Positions 1-7,320 of a DNA stretch of 8,712 nucleotides are shown here, in pieces (positions within the stretch are counted from its first letter, which is position 1; every line of letters starts with the position of its first letter). The stretch covers positions 1 through 8,712 of the forward strand of contig NW_021828339.1 of the NCBI RefSeq assembly GCF_006345805.1, written 5' to 3'. The notes below the pieces were generated by a model. The model saw nothing but the letters and a program-made list of their open reading frames with translations. It was not told the origin of the DNA and did no database searches. Source of the stretch: Octopus sinensis. Taxonomy: Eukaryota. Made by a program: the position numbers and the translations under genes.

Positions 1-350
1 ACTCCATAGTTTTTCAAATTTTATTTATCCAACGTGCGTGTCTAAAAGGTGTGCTTCTGTGCGCACGCGTATGTTGTGTTAGTTGACGTGTGCGTTTTTG
101 CTGTTGTTGTGTTTGTTTATGTGTTTCTCGTTGTGTTTGTTTATGTTGTGTTATTGCTGTTGTGGGTGTTGTTGTTGTCGTTGTTGCTGTCGATTCCCGG
201 CATGCTTCGCGATTTTCTCTTGCACTGTATTCTTAAGCAAAACAAACAATAGCTGAATATACCTTCACGCATACTTAAGCAAACACACGCCGTTGCCCAG
301 GCACATTTACATGTGTGCGTATAAGCACACATGCGCATATACTCCCACGT

Positions 351-401
351 ACACATACATACATACATACATACATACATACATACATACATACATACAT
401 A
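351..401. repeat. (ATAC)n microsatellite, 5' flank of SINE A
   Basis: Directly visible tetranucleotide run. Confidence 0.97.
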
Positions 402-798
402 GGCGCAGGAGTGGCTGTGTGGTAAGTAGCTTGCTTACCAACCACATGGTTCTGGGTTCAGTCCCACTGCGTGGCGTCTTCTGCTATAGCCTCGGGCCGA
501 CCAATGCCTTGTGATGGATTTGGTAGACGGAAACTGAAAGAAGCCTGTCGTATATATGTATATTATATAATATATGCTGTGTATATGTTTGTGTGTCTGT
601 GTTTGTCCCCTAGCATTGCTTGACAACCGATGCTGGTGTGTTTACGTCCCCGTACTTAGCGGTTCGGCAAAAGAGACCGATAGAACAAGTACTGGGCTTA
701 CAAAGAATAAGTCCCGGGTTCGATTTGCTTGACTAAAGGTGGTGCTCCAGCATGGCCGCAGTCAAATGACTGAAACAAGTAAAAGAGTAAAAAGAGTA
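402..798 (+). mobile_element. tRNA-derived SINE, family 1, copy A (full length apart from a 13-nt internal deletion)
   Basis: tRNA-like head with A-box TGGCTGTGTGG (412-422) and B-box GGTTCAGTCC (455-464), an internal (TA)/(TG) tract and an (AAAAGAGT)2 tail. Collinear along its length with 2544-2956 and with the reverse complement of 3075-3443. GGATTTGGTAGACGGAAACTGAAAGAA is identical in all three copies. Resembles abundant octopus SINEs from memory. Confidence 0.9.
412..464 (+). promoter_or_regulatory. Internal RNA polymerase III type-2 promoter (A and B boxes) of SINE copy A
   Basis: TGGCTGTGTGG approximates the A-box TRGCNNARYGG. GGTTCAGTCC approximates the B-box GGTTCRANTCC. Spacing is tRNA-like. 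Confidence 0.65.
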
Positions 799-852
799 TA
801 CATACATACATACATACATACATACATACATACATACATACATACATACATA
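799..852. repeat. (ATAC)n microsatellite, 3' flank of SINE A
   Basis: Directly visible tetranucleotide run. Confidence 0.97.
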
Positions 853-892
853 CGCACATACATATATGTATACAAGTATTCATACGTATGTG

Positions 893-1150
893 GAGGCGCG
901 TGGCTTAGTGGTTAGGGTGTCAGCATCATGATGGTAAGATTGTGCTTTCGATTTCTGGACCGGGCGACTTGTGTTCTTGAGCGAAACACTTCATTTCACG
1001 TTGCTCCAGTCCACTCAGCAAGCAAAAAAGAGTAACGCTGCGATGGACTGGCGTCCCGTCCAGCTGGGGAACACATACGCCATTGAAACCGGGAAACCGG
1101 GCCCATGAGCCTGGCTAGGCTTTAAAAGGGCGCATTTATTATTTATTATT
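893..1150 (+). mobile_element. tRNA-derived SINE, family 2 (shared core plus a V/Meta-SINE-like 3' domain)
   Basis: A-box TGGCTTAGTGG at 901-911 and a degenerate B-box (TTTCGATTTC) near 946-954. The 50-nt core at 970-1019 is shared with 5803-5852 and 8475-8524. CTGCGATGGACTGGCGTCCCGTCCAG lies at 1038-1063, and a (TTA)n-like tail at 1133-1150. Confidence 0.8.
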
Positions 1151-1702
1151 ATACATACACACATACATATACACATATATTTTGACAGGCATGCTCATAT
1201 ACGTACGCGCATGTATGCACATTGCCAATAGAAATAGATGTACATAATACATAAGTAAATACGGACATACATATACACATATTGAAAGGCATACGCATCA
1301 AAGCATACACATAGACACACGTACACACTCCCAAAGAAACACACACACACACTCACAAGCACACGCGTGCACTCAAACCCACACGCGCATGCATGCAATC
1401 ATGCACGCACAAATAAATATAATGATAGACATACGCATACAAATACATACATGCATTTAAATGGCCAGGAAAAATAACAAAGATTACAGGCACACACGCA
1501 CACACACATACACACACACACACACCAAACAAACACTCACACACGTACACAGTCGGGCGCACGCAAGCGCACATAAACCCACACACGCATGCATGCACTC
1601 ACGCACTCACACATATGATGATAGACATACGCATTTAAAAGGCCAGAAAAATAATAAAAATTATAGACACGCACACACTACATACATACACACATACATA
1701 CA

Positions 1703-1736
<34 letters not shown>

Positions 1737-1754
1737 CATACATACATACATACA
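1151..1754. repeat. Compound degenerate (CA)n/(ATAC)n low-complexity tract
   Basis: CA-rich throughout, with near-pure (ATAC)n at 1679-1754. Confidence 0.9.
1375..1680. repeat. Degenerate local tandem duplication (period about 200 bp) within a CA-rich tract
   Basis: 1375-1500 (AAACCCACACGCGCATGCATGCA...ATGATAGACATACGCAT...GCATTTAAATGGCCAGGAAAAATAACAAAGATTACAG) matches 1575-1670 (AAACCCACACACGCATGCATGCA...ATGATAGACATACGCATTTAAAAGGCCAGAAAAATAATAAAAATTATAG). Confidence 0.75.
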
Positions 1755-2234
1755 TGGCTGTGTGTGCCCAGAAATGCACATGCAATTACAGAGAAGCAGA
1801 CACATTTATTACAACAACTAAAACAACAACCGGCAGCAGACATGCGTCTGAGTGGTCACAGATCGGTGAGCTTGCCTCACAACATTAATAATAACCATCA
1901 TGTTTTGGCGGCAAAACATTGAACAGAGGATAACACAGCCATATGAAGCTTGCGATTATTTTCATCGGTCACATACTGTTGACCCCAGCACAGCAACTAA
2001 TCATATAACGCGTAGCATGCTATATACATATATGTATGTATGTATATATAGCTGTGTGTGTCTGTGTGTGTGTGTGTGTATTCTTTAAACAATAAATAAT
2101 TCAGATATGACATCTGCATGAAAAGACAATAGTTAAGTTTGTTTTACCATATATGGTCCAGAGAGCATTAAAAATAACTCTACTTAAGTTCTCTAATTGG
2201 CGAACGTCGAGGTTGCTTTTCTTTTTATCTTTAT

Positions 2235-2281
2235 ACACACACGAACACATGCACACACACACATACATATATGTATATCTA

Positions 2282-2331
<50 letters not shown>

Positions 2332-2481
2332 GAAGAGAGAGAGAGAGAGATAGATAGTTAGATATTCATACTCCATGTACATATATTCATTCATATATCC
2401 AAATGATAATACTATATAATATATATATAGATATATATCTATATATATATATATCCCATACATACATACATACATAATACA

Positions 2482-2515
<34 letters not shown>

Positions 2516-2541
2516 CACACAACACCCATAATATATATATG
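2235..2541. repeat. Compound microsatellite: (CA)n, (TA)n, (GA)n, (ATAC)n
   Basis: (TA)n at about 2283-2323, (GA)n at about 2328-2350, (ATAC)n at about 2458-2512. Confidence 0.95.
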
Positions 2542-2543
2542 TA

Positions 2544-2956
2544 GGCGTAAGAGCAGATGTGTAGTTAAGTAACTTGCTTACCAACCACATGGTTCCGGGT
2601 TCAGTACCACTGCATGACACCTTGGACAAGTGTCTTCTACTATAGCCTCGGGCCGACCAAAGCCTTGTGAGTGGATTTGGTAGACGGAAACTGAAAGAAG
2701 CCCGTCGTATATATATGTGTATATGTGCGTGAATGTGTGAGTATGTTTGTGTGTCTGTGTATGTCCTCCAACCATCGCTTGATAATCGATGCTAGTGTGT
2801 TTACGTCGCCGTCATTTAGCAGTTCGACAAAAAGAGTACGATAAAATAAAGTACTAGGCTTACAAAGAATAAGTCCTGGGGTCGATTTGTTCGACTAAAG
2901 GCGGTGCTTCAGCATGGCTGCAGTCAAATGACTAAAACACGTAAAATAATAAAAGA
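2544..2956 (+). mobile_element. tRNA-derived SINE, family 1, copy B
   Basis: Collinear with 402-798. The A-box is mutated and the B-box reads GGGTTCAGTACC. It retains ACCTTGGACAAGT, which copy A lacks. Internal microsatellite at about 2708-2765 and an A-rich tail at 2941-2956. Confidence 0.9.
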
Positions 2957-3074
2957 TCTAAATATATATATACCCATATATGCATGTATATATATACATA
3001 TATGTGTAGGTGTGTACATATACGTATGTATATATGCATATATTTATATATTACTATGCATATATGTAAATATT

Positions 3075-3443
3075 TTTTCAGCCAAGCTGGAGCACCGTCT
3101 CGTAGAATTTTAAACCAAAACGAATGGACCCCAGTACATCGTTTTTTAAATGCTTGTTACTTATTCTATCCATCGCTTTGCCGAACCGGTGGGTAACGGG
3201 GATGTATACACACCAACACGTGTTGTCAAGTGGCGGCGGTGGCTGTGGTGGTGGTGGTGTGGAAAGGGACAATCAAAATGCACACACATAGAAGATGGTT
3301 TTCTTTCAGTTTCCGTCTACCAAATCCGCTCACAAAGCTTTAATCGGCCCGAGGCTATAGCAGAAGAGACTTGCCCAAGATGCCACGCAGTGGGACTGAA
3401 CCCGGAACCATGTATCTGGGAAGCACACACCCACGCTTGTGCC
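3075..3443 (-). mobile_element. tRNA-derived SINE, family 1, copy C (inverted, more diverged 3' half)
   Basis: The reverse complement reads GGCACAAGCGTGGGTGTGTG...CATGGTTCCGGGTTCAGTCCCACTGCGTGGCATCTTGGGCAAGT...GGATTTGGTAGACGGAAACTGAAAGAA. The plus-strand segments GCCAAGCTGGAGCACCG, TACTTATTCTATC and TTTGCCGAACCG are complementary to the 3' body of copies A and B. Confidence 0.85.
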
Positions 3444-3517
3444 TCTACCATTCATAATATTCTCTAAAGTTGTTTTAATTGAGTAAAATCATCAACATCT
3501 ATATAAAATAACGTAAT

Positions 3518-3548
3518 TATTAGGTTGAGGAAAAAGTTCATGCACCAT
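3518..3548. repeat. Mariner 3' terminal inverted repeat with TA target dinucleotide
   Basis: TA at 3518-3519, then TTAGGTTGAGGAAAAAGTTCATGC, which resembles TTAGGTTG-starting mariner TIRs. It lies about 40-70 bp beyond the transposase stop. Confidence 0.7.
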
Positions 3549-4025
3549 GTTAAAATAATGCAAGAATTTATTTGAAAACAGCAACAACTATTCTTCAAAA
3601 TAAAGACCATCATTTTCCATGACCTGCTAACGATCTGCAAGCTATTGGATTTGGTCAAAGTACCAATCCTTCGGCTTTGGATCGAAAAATTCTTGACAGG
3701 CTTCTTCAACTTCATCGAATGACTCGAATCGGCGACCTTTCATAAAGTGCTGCATTGATCGGAAGAGACCGTAGTCAGATGGAGCAACGTCTGGAGTACA
3801 GGCTGGATGCGGCAGAACTTCCAAACCGTTCAATTCTTCTATCTTGTTACTGGTCTTTCTGACGGTATATGACTTTGCATTGTCTTGTTGAAACAAAGCA
3901 CATTTTCGACGAACAAGTCTTGGGTACTTTTCAACCAGCGCATCGTAGACTCGATCAAGTTGCTCGTAGTAAAGTTCAGCGGTGATGGCGCTTCCAATCG
4001 GCACGAACTTTTTAATTGATAATCT
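3520..4025 (-). mobile_element. Mariner (Tc1/mariner superfamily) DNA transposon, 5'-truncated relic
   Basis: Transposase C-terminal half on the minus strand, followed by a short 3' region ending in a mariner-type terminus TA|TTAGGTTGAGGAAAAAGTTCATGCACC read on the plus strand from 3518. No clear full second TIR was found. Confidence 0.9.
3588..4024 (-). pseudogene. Mariner transposase pseudogene fragment (catalytic DDD domain, C-terminal half)
   Basis: ORF 3642-4004 has ITAELYYEQLDRV, QQDNA, HPACTPDVAPSDYGLFRSMQHFMKGRRF and EEACQEFFDPKPKDWY, matching the mariner motifs HDNA and HPPYSPDLAPSDY. In the same frame homology continues past premature TAG stops at 3642-3644 and 3627-3629 (QIQ*LADR*QVMENDGLYFEE*) to the natural stop at 3588-3590. 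Upstream, IIN*KV (about 4005-4023) is frameshifted and resembles GIIxFEVLP. The N-terminal HTH and the first catalytic Asp are absent. Confidence 0.9.
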
Positions 4026-4367
4026 TTTACTCTATTGAAACTGCTGTAGAGTACATTTAAATTATTACGTATAGCTAAAATTCATGCTTTTCTGCCTTAT
4101 GCACGAACTACATTACTCTTAGATATAATTCTAGCCGAATCTTATACACATGGAAGTTGTCTTGAATAAATACTTCTTGTCAAATCCACTGACGAACCAA
4201 TAAAAAATTTTTTTATTAATTTTGATTGCTTCAAAATTCCATTGGTTTTCAAAATATGGTACACACAACGTAATTTCTCGTGCGAGCCTTAAAGTCACGT
4301 ATACTCTGATTTTAGAATCTATCCTCTGCCGGATAAAAACGATGAGTAACCGCCCATACAGATTAAG

Positions 4368-4515
4368 GGAGGCTATTTCGCAGAGTCGTTAAAGCGCCTG
4401 ATTCAGCGTTCCGCAGTATGTGTTAAGATTTTCTGCCTTCTGAGTTTCAATTGAACCGAGGTCAACTTTGCCTTTCATGCGTTTGGGTCAAGAAAAAAAA
4501 AATACATACCAAGTC
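4368..4515 (+). mobile_element. Highly degenerate SINE-like relic (additional family)
   Basis: B-box-like GAGTTTCAATT (4442-4452) followed by GAGGTCAACTTTGCCTTTCAT (4458-4478) and an A-run. Matches my recollection of an octopus SINE (GAGGTCGACTTTGCCTTTCATCC). Support from within the window is weak. Confidence 0.45.
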
Positions 4516-5055
4516 TAGGAAGGCCAGTCAAAAATATACCAAGCCTAGGAGAAGTGTTAGCGTGTCGGATGAGACGCATAGCGGTATTGATCGATTCTTT
4601 ATTTTTTGATAGCGATAGCACCAGTGGTGACACAGTTTTCAAGCTGTAGCATCCAAAACATCAGAAGCAGCTCTTTTGGATAGAGTTTGGTGGCGTGGAA
4701 AGCGGTTAATTTCATGTGAAGACAATTGCGATCTATTGCCCTCATTAAATCTTGCCCAGGCCCACGCATATATGTGCAGATGCAGGAACGATATGCATAG
4801 AATGAAGACTTAGACACAAACCTTTACAATATAAAAAGTTAGTGTCCACGAATGCGCAACTGCTTTCGAGAAGCAAGCCGCATGCGACATAACTCAGCAT
4901 CAGCTGGGTTGCACAATGAAAGTAATTCAAACTATTGATGTTAGATTATTTACATTATTTACATTTGATGGATATTATCATTAGGTCTACTATTTCGAAA
5001 GTCCTACGAACCGCTGATTGCCCATGACTGCTTTACATTATAGGAAGGGAGAAAG

Positions 5056-5057
<2 letters not shown>

Positions 5058-5089
<32 letters not shown>

Positions 5090-5127
5090 AAGAGAGTGAG
5101 TGAGAGCGAGAGAGCAAGAGAGAGAAG
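5058..5127. repeat. (GA)n microsatellite
   Basis: Pure GA run at 5058-5086, then degenerate. Confidence 0.95.
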
Positions 5128-5206
5128 AAATCATTCCATTTTGATTTTTTATTTCTTTTCTCTTCGGTTCCCTTCCCGTATCATTGTTACATTTGTTTCC
5201 GTTTAC

Positions 5207-5345
5207 CTTGGCACAAATTGCTCGGACGCAGGAGATGATACCATTTGTAAAGGTCGTTCACTGTCTTCTGTGGATCATTCAAAAGATTGACTAAACGGAA
5301 CTATGCACTCACCTAAAATGTATATCAGAAACAGATGTGAGTCTA
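5207..5345 (-). other. Cluster of splice signals: TAG acceptor (5345-5343), juxtaposed TTTTAG|GTGAGT (5313/5312) and donor AAG|GTAAAC (5207/5206)
   Basis: The minus strand reads ...tttatttatttgtgcatcgTAG actcacatctgtttctgatatacattTTAG GTGAGT gcatagttccgtttag...gccAAG GTAAAC. These are motifs only, with no transcript evidence. Confidence 0.3.
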
Positions 5346-5555
5346 CGATGCACAAATAAATAAATATGAAAAGCCCATTATTGATACCATTTCTTGTGGG
5401 TGAGTGTGTGCGTGTGTGTGTGCATGTTTATATATATATATATATATATATAAACAATAATAACAAAGGGTAAAATTAATTAATTGAGAAGTAATCAATA
5501 ATTTCACCAAGTAGAATTCGGCATGAAAAAAGGACCATTTCATGGTAAACTTAAG

Positions 5556-5652
5556 TAATACTTAATAATTAGGGTTCAGCAAAGATTTGCTAAACTTCGG
5601 TTTCGGTATGTGTTAAAGCAAATCTTTGCTCACCCTAATAAATTAAGTATTA
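5556..5652. repeat. 97-nt inverted repeat / hairpin (MITE-like)
   Basis: Arm 5556-5595 pairs with arm 5612-5652 in blocks of 11, 8, 14 and 3 bp separated by three small asymmetric internal loops. The terminal loop is TTCGGTTTCGGTATGT (16 nt). There is a TA at both outer ends. Confidence 0.85.
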
Positions 5653-5657
5653 TATAT

Positions 5658-5722
<65 letters not shown>
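5651..5722. repeat. (TA)n microsatellite
   Basis: Long near-pure TA run. Confidence 0.97.
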
Positions 5723-5729
<7 letters not shown>

Positions 5730-5741
5730 CAGTATTATGAA

Positions 5742-6047
5742 GGCGGTGGGTTAGTGAGTAATGTTTACGGATCAAAGTTGTGATTCGATTCCTGCTGGCG
5801 CTTGTGTTCTTCAGCAAGATACTTTATTTCATGTTGCTTCAGTCCACTCAGCGGTCAAAAGTGAGTGGCACCTGTAATTCAAAGAACCAGCCGTGTCACC
5901 TTCTGTGTGACACTGAATCATTCAGAGAACTATGTCTAGCGTACGTACATCTGTGGGCTACTGAGCCAGTTGCACGTTAATTTTCCGAGCAGCTGTTCCG
6001 TTGATGGATGAAGTGGAACTTTCTTCGTCGTAGCTGACGGAGTGCCT
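5742..6047 (+). mobile_element. tRNA-derived SINE, family 3 (shared core, distinct 3' body)
   Basis: Degenerate A-box (TGGGTTAGTG) and B-box (GATTCGATTCC), the 50-nt core at 5803-5852, then a roughly 195-nt body ending GACGGAGTGCC. Flanked by (TA)n on both sides. Confidence 0.75.
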
Positions 6048-6048
6048 G

Positions 6049-6050
6049 TA

Positions 6051-6081
<31 letters not shown>

Positions 6082-6149
6082 TATAATATATCTGTAGAAG
6101 AGCGTAGGCTCGAAGCGTAAAAGACATTTTTTATTCCCGAGCATTATAC

Positions 6150-6193
<44 letters not shown>

Positions 6194-6242
6194 CTACATG
6201 TAAATACGTATATGCATATATATATATATATATACATCTATA

Positions 6243-6298
<56 letters not shown>

Positions 6299-6345
6299 AT
6301 ACATACATACATACATACACAGACACACACAACACACATACATAT
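6049..6345. repeat. (TA)n/(ATAC)n tracts interrupted by the 6092-6153 island
   Basis: Directly visible. Confidence 0.93.
6092..6153 (+). mobile_element. Probable Penelope-like retroelement terminal-repeat remnant with a degenerate hammerhead-ribozyme core
   Basis: CTGTAGA-A-GAGC(GTAG)GCTC-GAAGCGTA has the hammerhead layout CUGANGA-stem II-GAAA-ACGU-H with two core substitutions. It is an isolated non-microsatellite island inside (TA)n. Confidence 0.45.
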
Positions 6346-6479
6346 GTACGTAGTTCTATAGATATACATATACATGCATATGGGTGTGTATGTGTATGTG
6401 CAGTATTGTTTTCTTTTACGTGTGTATATAAACTAAAACACTAAACATACATACGTACAAACGTACACCCTCATATGTA

Positions 6480-6480
<1 letters not shown>

Positions 6481-6510
<30 letters not shown>
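6481..6510. repeat. (GA)n microsatellite
   Basis: Directly visible. Confidence 0.95.
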
Positions 6511-6513
<3 letters not shown>

Positions 6514-6885
6514 AAGAGGAAAGAGGGGAGTTAGTGAAATAGGGAGGCGTAATTATGTGAACGCAATTGAGAATATTTCGTTTCAATTAAGGGCAATTTG
6601 TTAGAAATGAATCGAAAACATAAACAAAAATAGAAATCATGTATTCGTATTTGCACTCAGTGCAATTGTAAATATTTCCCAACATGCTTTGCGATATTTT
6701 CTAAACTCTAAACATAAAAACGAAACATGTCTGAAAATCAACGGCCGCCATTACTTTTTTCTTCTTCTCAATTGAATATATTTTATAGCTATTTTATTCA
6801 ATATTGCTCGGCTTTCCTCTTAAAATTAATTGTGAAGAAACATTGCAAAAAGTGTTTCATATTATTTTGTTAATATTTCTGGTTT

Positions 6886-6920
6886 ACACACACACATACA
6901 CACAGACATACACACATGCT

Positions 6921-6969
<49 letters not shown>

Positions 6970-7320
6970 TAACACACACACACACACACACCCCAACACA
7001 CACATATGTTTGTATGTATGTATGTATGTATATAGACGTATACATATGCATGTGTGTATATGACATATACACATTTATATATATAATATACATACACACA
7101 TACATATATATGTATATATGTATATATATATATGTATATAGAAATATATATATATATATGTGTTAGTGTATATATATTTATGAGTGCATGCATATATACC
7201 ATATATACATATAACTGATACATACGCACGTATATGTGTGTACTTTTATATACGTGTGTGTGTGTGTGTGTGTGGCGTGTGTGTGTGTGTCTGTGTGTGT
7301 TTGAGTGTATGCTTGTATAT
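6886..7320. repeat. Compound (CA)n-(TA)n-(TG)n microsatellite block
   Basis: (CA)n at 6886-7003, TA-rich at 7060-7160, (TG)n at 7253-7300. Confidence 0.93.

Noticed and set aside
402-470. tRNA gene (also the heads at 893-960 and 8405-8460)
   Set aside because: A and B boxes are present, but there is no complete cloverleaf or acceptor stem and the sequence continues into SINE bodies.
1461-1922. 153-aa ORF and similar H/T/Y/I- or V/C/M/Y-rich ORFs (for example 141-392, 293-514, 2101-2529, 6804-7166, 7468-7872)
   Set aside because: These are translations of (CA)n, (ATAC)n and (TA)n microsatellites, which lack stops in some frames. There is no domain signal.
2140-2232. Possible minus-strand exon DKKKSNLDVRQLENLSRVIFNALWTIY ending at a G|GTAAAA donor
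   Set aside because: There is no polypyrimidine acceptor, the donor is weak, and I recognise no homology.
435-3467. Apparent protein family sharing (C)HAV(G/V)LNPEPC in ORFs 435-626, 2578-2775 and 3150-3467
   Set aside because: All are antisense translations of the same SINE family 1 head, so the similarity reflects the repeat rather than paralogous genes.
3642-4004. Functional transposase or SETMAR-like host gene
   Set aside because: The N-terminal half is missing, there are two premature stops and an upstream frameshift, and no SET domain or splice evidence is present.
4189-4250. Second hammerhead candidate starting CTGACGA
   Set aside because: A possible stem (ACCAAT/ATTGGT) is followed by TTTC rather than GAAA, so the core is incomplete.
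4606-4683. Plus-strand peptide IAPVVTQFSSCSIQNI, reminiscent of the metalloprotease FSxCS motif
   Set aside because: It is too short, has no Met-turn or HEXXH context, and hits a stop at 4681. Probably chance.
4926-4976. TTATTTACATTATTTACATTTGATGGATATT, resembling the start of a recalled octopus repeat
   Set aside because: The match is short, AT-rich and memory-based only, and cannot be supported from the window.
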